Under the pieces are notes generated by a model. The model had not been told where the DNA came from. It did no database searches and worked only from the letters and a program-made list of their open reading frames with translations. A stretch of 64,000 nucleotides of DNA from Candidatus Omnitrophota bacterium (GTDB lineage Bacteria > Omnitrophota > Gorgyraeia > Duberdicusellales > 4484-171): contig JBAWWL010000001.1 in the NCBI GenBank assembly GCA_037146775.1, positions 5,464 to 69,463 of the forward strand. The letters run 5' to 3'. Below, in pieces: positions 54,001-63,000 of the stretch; position 1 is the first letter of the stretch, and each line of letters opens with the position of its first letter. The translations under genes were made by a program, and so were the position numbers.

Positions 54001-57000
54001 TTCCTGGTTTAGGCACTTTTACTATTTTCGAAAAGAAAGGGGCGCAAAGATCTTTAATGGTAGTAACGCCGACAAGAGGGGCAAGTTACAAAGTCAAAAG
54101 AGAGCTTCTTAAAAAGGCGATACAAAGTGCCCATAGGCGCGGTATCGCGGTGCCAAAAATAGCTTTGCTTAGTTTTACGGAACGGCCGAAAAAGTTCATG
54201 AAGATGTCCTCAATAGCCGACAGCGTAAGATTAGAAAAATATTTTAGAGGAGGATGCTTCTGGAAACATTTATTGTGGTTGTTTTCATGGCTATGCCCGC
54301 CGGCTTTCAGATATTTTTCCTGTATTGTTGAAGGTCCGATGGCTTATGATATTGCCGTCTCTAAAGAATCAGCACGCATTAAAGGCTTTATGCCCCAAGA
54401 CAAAGAAAGCCGGGTTGCCGGAGAGCCGGATATATTATTTACTCCGGATAACGTTTCCGGGTATTTGCTTAGCGGCGTTTATAAAAACTGGAGTAAGCTG
54501 AAACTTCCTTGGCCTGGTGCAGATACCTCTCTGGGCGGAAAAACTCCCGAAGGAAATATTTATTCCGTAGTCGCTCCTTCACGAGCAGATAAGGATAGCC
54601 ATAAAAAAGATTCCTTAACTACCACTTTATTTTTGGTGGCTAAACAAATAGAAGCCCAAATGGCTTTAGCAAGCTCCTCAGTTTCTATGTTGAGTAGTGT
54701 GTCTCCAGGCCATGAGGATGCCGTAGGTATGGGGGCTGCTATTTATCTTTCTATGTATGATAGGGTTTTAGCGGCAAGCCATGCGTCAGAAGAGACTAGG
54801 CGCTTACTTGTCGCGCAGGCCATTAGCTTGGGCGATTTAAAGAGCAAATCACTAGACTCAACTAACAATTCTGCGCTTTTTTTTAATGTTGCGATAGAAA
54901 CAGTATTCCTTCAGGCATTTTTACGTACTTCCGGTATTTATCACGATGTCATAGAATTAATCTTTGGTATTGATTCGCTTTCCGATGACATTAATCGCTT
55001 TAGAGGAAGTTCTAGAGAATTCTTAGATATACACCATACTCCAATTTTATCTCCAAGTTTATCCGAATACGTAATAGAAACAATGAAAGAATGGAGAAAA
55101 TATGGCGCTGAAGCGCAGACAAAAGCCTGGCAGTTTTTAGGGCAATTATTTCAGCGAGAAATAAATATGGAAATGTTATATTCGTTACATCAGCGTTTAA
55201 TGGCTATGCATATGTTTATAGATGCGCGATGCATAAAAGTGGTTGCTTTATCAATGCAATATAAACAAGTTTCCTCACCAATAGGAAATGATCAGGCTGT
55301 AGAATCATTGAGGCAAATGATCATTAAAAAATTTATGATCCGGGGCATGGAAAGTATTCTTACTATTGGTAGGCTCAAGGAATTATTGGCAATAGAGATT
55401 CTAGCTCCGCGTGATGTCACGCGGATTCTGAGAGGTGTTGGATTCAAAGGAGGCCAAGTTGGCGAACTTATAAAAATGATCAACACCAATAAAAAGCGTA
55501 TTTTTCAAACAACGGACGATGATGCAGAAATAGATTGGGAAGTTCTTTTAAGAGAATTTGCCGGAGTCGCTGATCCAAAAAGGATAGAGGCTACAAGACC
55601 TTTATGGCTTGAATACTTTAGGCAATTGCCTGCTAATGCGCGGGTGCTTGATGTTGCTACCGGCAACGGTGTTGTCGCTGATATGGCAACTGGTGTGTCT
55701 AATGTTTTCGATCTTCACGCAATGGATATTGCTATAGTTATTGATAAATGTCTTCAGACGGGGCGTATTCATTATTATCAATTTTCTGCCGAGGACCTTG
55801 GAACACAGCGACAACTACTTTCATTCCCAACTCATTTTGATGCTGTTACTTGCATGCACGGATGGGAATATTCAAGAGATAAAAGTGCAGTGCTTAGAGG
55901 TATTCGTGTTTTACTTATTCCTAACGGGCGAGTGCGTTTCCTTATTCATCACAAAGATTCTATTACTGCCAAGGGTGCTCGAGGCTTGCTTATTGAGATG
56001 AAAGCAATCAAGGAAGCAGGGCTTATTCAGAAAGCCAGAGATTATCTGCGAACGCCAGATATAAATACATATAGAATTTTATCTGGATGTATGCAGGCAT
56101 TAACTCCAAGATTGAAACAGATGTTAGAGAGAGAAGGTTTTAAGGTAAATCCTGGTAATGTCGGAGAAAGAGTATTAGCGCCTTTAGGCATTGATATTAA
56201 TACTGCCGTAGGTAAAGCGACGTTTGGTATACAAACTTCTCTTGATTATTTTGAAGAAAGAGTTTCGTTTTATAAAAGATGGGAGCAATTTCAGCGTTAC
56301 TTTTTAGAGAGGATCGCTATGTATGGGGATGCTAATCGTCAGGAACTTTTAACTATCATGGCTGACAATGGTTTTGAGGTCGATGCGCTTGAGCATTATA
56401 CCGCTCTTGGAAATAATCTTTTAGGGTGGAAATTGGATATGCATAAAATTGATCTCGGGCAAACTGGTTCTTCACCGCTTAATATTTATGATCAAAGCAA
56501 TAATCGGTTGCGGCAGAATATTGGAAGAGACAGCCTCACCGTGGCTGGTGGCGTCTCTTTTGCTGCCGCAGCCGGTATATATACAGGTAGCTATCACGAT
56601 GATATTGTATTGCCTTATCCTTTCAATGGTTCGGTTTTCTCCAGTAAAGCCCCGCCAGCTGTTGTTTACGCTCGAAATATCAGTTCCCCAATTATTTTCG
56701 ACATAGCCCCCCGGTTTACCATTAAGGAAGCACCTCTTCTCAAAAAGATCACTCCTGAAATAATGCAGAGATTTAAAAGTTACGGTATTTCTTGGCTTAT
56801 TGCAAGCCCGCAGGCAACTTTTGAATGGTATTCGCAAGGCCTGTTGTTGTATGCGCCTAGTGATTTTGCCGGTACATTTTGGTCGGAATGCGGCTTAACT
56901 AGAGAGGTAACAGGCAGTATTGTCTGGCAAAACAATATAGATGCGATAGAAATGCACATTCCGGTTAACCGGCGTTTTTATCATAGGCCGGTTAATCCTT

Positions 57001-60000
57001 CAACAGGAGCATTAACCCATTCTTTAGTAGAGCAGCCAAGGCCTGACTCTGTCATGCACGGCATTGTTCTAACCCGAGGAGGGTTTGTTATTGATGCTAC
57101 TGATTTCAATCCTTTCTTTAAAGAAAACAAACCTTGTGTTCCTTTAGAACAATATCCTTTGCAAGAAACCATTCATGTAGCGCTGAGGCGAGGTAGCTTT
57201 CAAAGAGTCAGGCCACATATCCATAAAGATTTTATGGGGACAGCCTTTAGCTATTTTACGTTTGATAGCCAAGGAAAGATTGTCTTTGTAACCAGGCCGC
57301 TATCCGCTTGTTATCTTGATCGTGAAAGGTTTATCAGTAGTTTTCTCGGTTTCGGTTTTGATAAAGACACGCGTTGCGGCTTAGAACTGGTATTTTCTGT
57401 GAATACAGATTATAACGTTTTCAGTAGAACACACGGATTATACGATATCGTGCAAAGCTATCGCTTACTCGCGCACGTGCCTATCTTAGAATGGCCTCAG
57501 TATCAACGCCGGATAAGACAAGCGTATCAACATGGTGATGTGTTAGAAATGAATAATTGTTTTCAAGGGGAATTCGTAAATAAGAATTTAGGCGGAACAG
57601 AATTAAATAATGCTTTGCAGTTTTTCCCGCATGTTCCGGATGCATTACCGAGTGTGTGCGCTCAAGCTATGAAAGATTTTGCTTTATGGTTTGCTTTTAT
57701 GTCCAAGCTTCCAACTTTGCCGTTACAGCACATTGCTTCGTTGTCTTACGCAGTGAGCTCATCAATTATGCAAAGCAGTTTTGCTTGCGTTAACCAGGTA
57801 GTGAAATACTGGATCGCTGAATTAAAAGGTTATGCGCGAGAAAGAAGAGTTAAGGTTAAATTTATTGAGTTAGCAAAGGATGTTATCATGTGGGATGTTT
57901 TTGACCAGCAAACGCAGCAGTTTGCCTTGGATGTCTTTTGCAGAGAATTGCTGGTGAATGCCATTAAGTATTCCAAGAATCGCGGCAGATTGTTTAGTTG
58001 TCTTACACGAGAAAAAGTAACGGTTACTCTGCAGCAAGTAGGTAGCGATATGGTTTTACAGTTTTGTGACCAGGGTATTGGCGTTATGCCTGATGAGCTT
58101 GGTTTTATCGGGAAAGTCGTTCCTTATAGAGCATCTAATGCAATACGGCATACAGATCAAGGTGCAGGATTAGGAATTGGCTGGTGCGTAAAAATCATCG
58201 AAGGGGTGTATGGCGGAACTTTTACAATAGAAAGTGAAGGTATAGATAAAGGTACTATCTCAACCCTCCGTATTCCCGAAGCGCAAGCTCAACGCGTCAG
58301 TTCAGGCCAAGTTAGCTCGCCGGCCTTTGGCAAAACCGTGTTCCTTGCCTCGCCGGATCGCCTCTCGGCGAAGCCGAGGGCAGGCAGGCAAACCCGCATT
58401 GGAACATGGTTTAGGGTTAGCTCGCCTTTAACAAAACCTTTCCGTCTGCCGACGGATTCAGCACAAACTCATTTTGAGGGTAGCAGTAGCTTTTATGTTA
58501 CGGTTAACGCAGAAGAGGCAGAGAAATTAGTTGGCCCGCTGTTTAGCCAGCCCAAAGCGAATCTGGCTTGCCAGGTTATACATGGCATTGTCAGGGTTCC
58601 AAAAACTTTAGCCCACCGGCCGTACCACGCTTTTTATCATTTAAGTAGTGATAGCCGTTTTGTGCCACTTTATACCCAAGAAGGGAAACTGGCTGTGGTG
58701 AATGATTGGGGCACCGAGAAACGCGTTGTCTGCCGCAAGTTGTTTGAGTTAATTGAGGGCCGGCTCCCGGCCAATGAAGATGAACTTACTCTGTGGATGG
58801 CTGCCGCAAAAAAGGATGAGGCGCAAAAGCCGTTTCCTACCAGAGATAGCGTTCGTTCTCTTCAGCCCCACTGGGGAAAGAGGATACGCCGGGTATGGGG
58901 GGAAATTAACTACTGCCGTTTAGATCTTCATTTTTCGGTCGGTAAACTTACTGGTTCTTTTTCTCTGAAACATTTGCCGATGGTGGCAAGAATTGTATTT
59001 TATGCCGATCGAGGTTATCTGCCGGCTGTTAGCGAACTCGCGATATTTATGGATACGCAAAGAAACAAAGCCTTTAATACCGGCCGTCGCTTTCCAGGAA
59101 AAGAGAAGCTATCAAAGGCATTAAAGGCAATCTGTGGTGTGGATTATGACCGTTTTGCCCAGGCTGCAAAGATTCATCACGGCCGCATGGCAGGCTTGCA
59201 GGAACGATTAGGTTACAGCGTTTTAAAGAAAAAAGGCAGAGCATCGCTGTCTTTACGAATTAACGCTGATAAGAGAGTTTACGAAAGTCTTTATGGGCTT
59301 AAGGCTGCTAGTCGAGATGAGAAGGCCGCATTTGATGCTTGGAGAAAGCACCAGAAGCGTTATCATCGGCCGCCGCTTCGGCGCGAAATTCCGAATGATT
59401 TAGGTATAGCCCTGGCACATCGGCCGGCCGGCGTGCGTAGTTATTTTATTAGTTTAGGTTTTTCCTACGAACAGTTAGACCTTAACGATAAATTTACGTT
59501 TCTTGTCGAAGCTTACCATGATCTTACCGGATTCTTTCCTGCACCGCAATTAAAGGATGACATCAGGCAATGGGATTGGCCATTACCGATTTCGCGAAAA
59601 GATTTATCAAAAGCTACGCAAAAAGCCTTATCTATTCATAGAGGGGTAGTTGAAGTTACCGGCGTGATTGCTCCGAAATACGCTTTACCCGTTTTAGTTA
59701 GGAGCGTGGCGGGTATCTCTTGCGGTGAAAACGATACCACTGAGGTTCTTGATTATGAGACGGCCTGTGCAGTATTAAAACATTGGGTACTTCATGATGC
59801 TCTTGATCTTACAGCTTCATTACAGTCGTTGGATGATAGATATTTCTCTGCGCACGCACAAAACCCGCAAAACTTTCCACGGACATTTATTGATTTCTTG
59901 CGTACTGACGTGGGTCGGCTTGTAACGATAACACTTAATACATCGCTGCACTTTCAGAATCGTTGCTATGACCGGATGGTTCGCGTGAGAGAAACCACTG

Positions 60001-63000
60001 AGAGGATGTCAGAGAAGGAACCAGTACGAACTTATGATTTAAGAATTTCCAGTCCCCTTTCGGCGAGGCTACGTACTCCTCTGTTTTTATGTGGGGTTAG
60101 CTCTCCTCGGGAACAAAGCAAAGAAATACGAAGTACGGCAAAGGATGACCTTTATGCAAAAATCTGTGCTTTTGATGGGGCCAAAATAGAAGATAAACTT
60201 GGTGAGAGTTTTGTTTTAAGGATTCACCGTCCGCTTCCCGAGCATTTTCAACTGCAGATATTAACTATTGAGAGCAGCTTGTTTATCGGCTATTTTCCTT
60301 TTGATCTGTATAGAAATCATGAAGGGGTGTGGGTATTTAATATAATAGAGTGTGCCTGGATATCTGATGATACTGAAGGGGTCAATTATCGCGGTAGAGA
60401 GATATTTACCCGCGTTGACTCATTACTAAGCAACTTAATGCCCGAAGGTACAAGACGTTATTTTACATTAGGAGAAAAAGACAGTATAACCGCCCTTGCT
60501 TCCGGTAAATCTTGGTCCCAGACTAAAATGGGCAGGATATTGGATAAATCAGGCTGGAAATTAGAATGCCTGGCTATAATCTGCGTTGAAAGCGGCCAAA
60601 TACATGTGCTAGAAACCACTCTGCCCGAATGGTCCGGGCTTGTAAACCCCCAGGCTTTTAGGGATATGCTTACCTACCAGCTGACTACCGAATATATACC
60701 TGATTCAGAGGCCGCGAATGTTTCAGTGAGGCTTATGAAGACCAGCGGTATCAGTCACGCTAGCTCGCCGCTGAATATTTCTGAAGACGAAAGCCAAGAA
60801 CGGTTGGTCGATAGTGAAGATACAACTTGGTATGAGCTAACTTTGCGCCGGCAGAAAAGATGGCAGAGATGGTTCGACGAAAAGCGTTACGATACTTTAC
60901 GTGTGCCGCGTACTCGTCGAGCCAGCCGTCGTAGCCTGGACCGGAAAAGGTCTGTTGCTCCGGGTATTGCGAACAAGCAATATCTGCGTTGTGAAGATAC
61001 GGATGATGGTTCGGTCAATGCGGCGGTTGAGATGATTGCTTCGGAGAGACTAGGTGTTCAACTAGAGCGCGCGTTACAGGAAAGCCGGGGAATTTTTCCA
61101 GCTGTTGCTGAGATCGGGGCGAGATTACGTTTTCTTTCTCCGGAATGTTTAGAGATCACCGAATTAAATGGACCAGGGCGGGTTCTTTTGCAGGCGGATT
61201 TAGCGGCAACCTTAGCGTTAGTATTTGGGGTAGAATCTTTTGAAGAGGATTTCCTGTATAAATATGGTGGTCGTGAAGGAAGTTTTTCTCTGCATCCTGT
61301 CACAAGCAGTATGAGAGATGAATATGCTTTGCCCTATTTACCCGGCCATGGCCGTCATTACGAGCGAAGGAACATGTCAGGTGTTCCACAGTCACGGGAG
61401 AGAAAGCTGGGAAGAAAATATCGTCGGAAGGATAAATCAGCTAAGCCTGTGCATGCTTATGACGCAATGAAAGAGGCGGCACCAAGTAAAAAAGAAGCTA
61501 AAAAAGGAGAAATTATATCTCCTTTTGCGATGATTAGAGCTTTATTGCAGGCAGGTTACACCATACAAGCAATTTGCAAATCGTTCGGCCTTATTGTTGG
61601 AGCGCATATCCGCATCAACGCAGCGAATAAAGATATATATCCCAGTGATTGGGGTAAATTGCGGAAGTTTGCGGCAGAGTTTAAGCCAAGCAAAGTTCTC
61701 CCCGTAAAAGAAACTTTGACCAGAAACTCTTTGGTTGCTGATGGCATCTGGCGCTGGATGCCGGATTACGCACGTTGCCGTTTAGAGGGTTGTTCTGGGC
61801 TTATCTGGGAATGTAACCGGGATATTTTCCGGGTGAGCGTAAATAATTGGCTGGCTTTTCCCGAATATGTGCGGCTGACAGTAGCTGTATTGGCGAGATA
61901 TTCGGGAGAGTATTCCATTGATTCTTTCCGGTTAGGAGACATTCTTTCCCGGCGCATAGGTGAGGGGTTAGGGCTTTCCGATCAGATCGGTCAGATTTTT
62001 ACAAATTTCTCTTATACTCAATGCCTTGTAGCAATGGAGCATTTTGTACAGATAGAAAGAAATTTTAGTGGGGCTACTGGTCAGAAAAAACTAGATATGA
62101 TTCGTGGCTGCGCAGCATGTGCGGTTGATGCTTCCAGGCGCCAGCGTATGTTACTCTCGGATGCTTTAGCAAAACGTTCTGCTGAATTGGCCTTGGTAAT
62201 TGCTTCGACGATGCAAGATAGAGAATTGTGCGGACCTATTATCAATATTTTCGATAGCCTTGCTCTTGATCAGGAAGGTTTAGAGATATTAGAACGTATT
62301 TTTACCGCGCATATGGGCCGAATTGACGTTAATAATTTTTATAGCCGGAGCAGTAAATTAGATATGATAACAATTTTAGCTAGAGATGCTAAAGAAGCCA
62401 GCGAAGCATTAGATAAAAATGTGGCTGTTACAGCTAAGAAGCTTAAAAATAAGCCGCTTGCAGGGGAAGAACAGGGTAGGGCAGGGCAACTAACTCTTCT
62501 AAGTCAAACAGATCCTTTTAGATTAGTTATGGCCGCAGACGATGAATCTGCGCTTTCTGAGATATTCCGGTACATGCAGGAAGCAGGATTACGACATTAC
62601 TTAGCTTCTTTTGCTTTAGGGTCGTCTTTTCGTGCTCCGCGATTAAGCTGGCATGTTGGCAGGCCTTTAGATGAATTTGATGGTTTAGCGCAAGATGCCG
62701 GAGAGTTTCTCTGTGGTCTTATACTGCGCCGCGCCGCACAATGTAAATGTATTTCTTTAGCGGAATACAGTGCATATATGGAAAGATTCCCTAGTGAGGC
62801 CATGATTCTAATCAATCAGATTTTGGCTATAAATTTACAGGGGCTTCGTGTATTTACTTCTGATGAACAAAGGCTTTTGTGGATGGTGCGCCAGCGCAAG
62901 TGTTTCGCTGCTTTAATGGCAAAGATTGAGCAGGATATATTAAGCCAGCCAGATATCAATCCGCATTTTCTTTTTATTGATGATGCCCAGGGTCGCGGCG

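Noticed and set aside
2911-56706. All + strand ORFs in the track (2911..3114, 4672..4863, 10420..10629, 37150..37416 and others) as independent small genes.
   Set aside because: Every one begins at a coordinate congruent to 1 or 2 mod 3, so each lies in the two off-frames of the giant ORF, which uses codon starts congruent to 0 mod 3. They overlap well-conserved enzyme domains encoded in frame 3, for example 37150..37416 inside GlgB.
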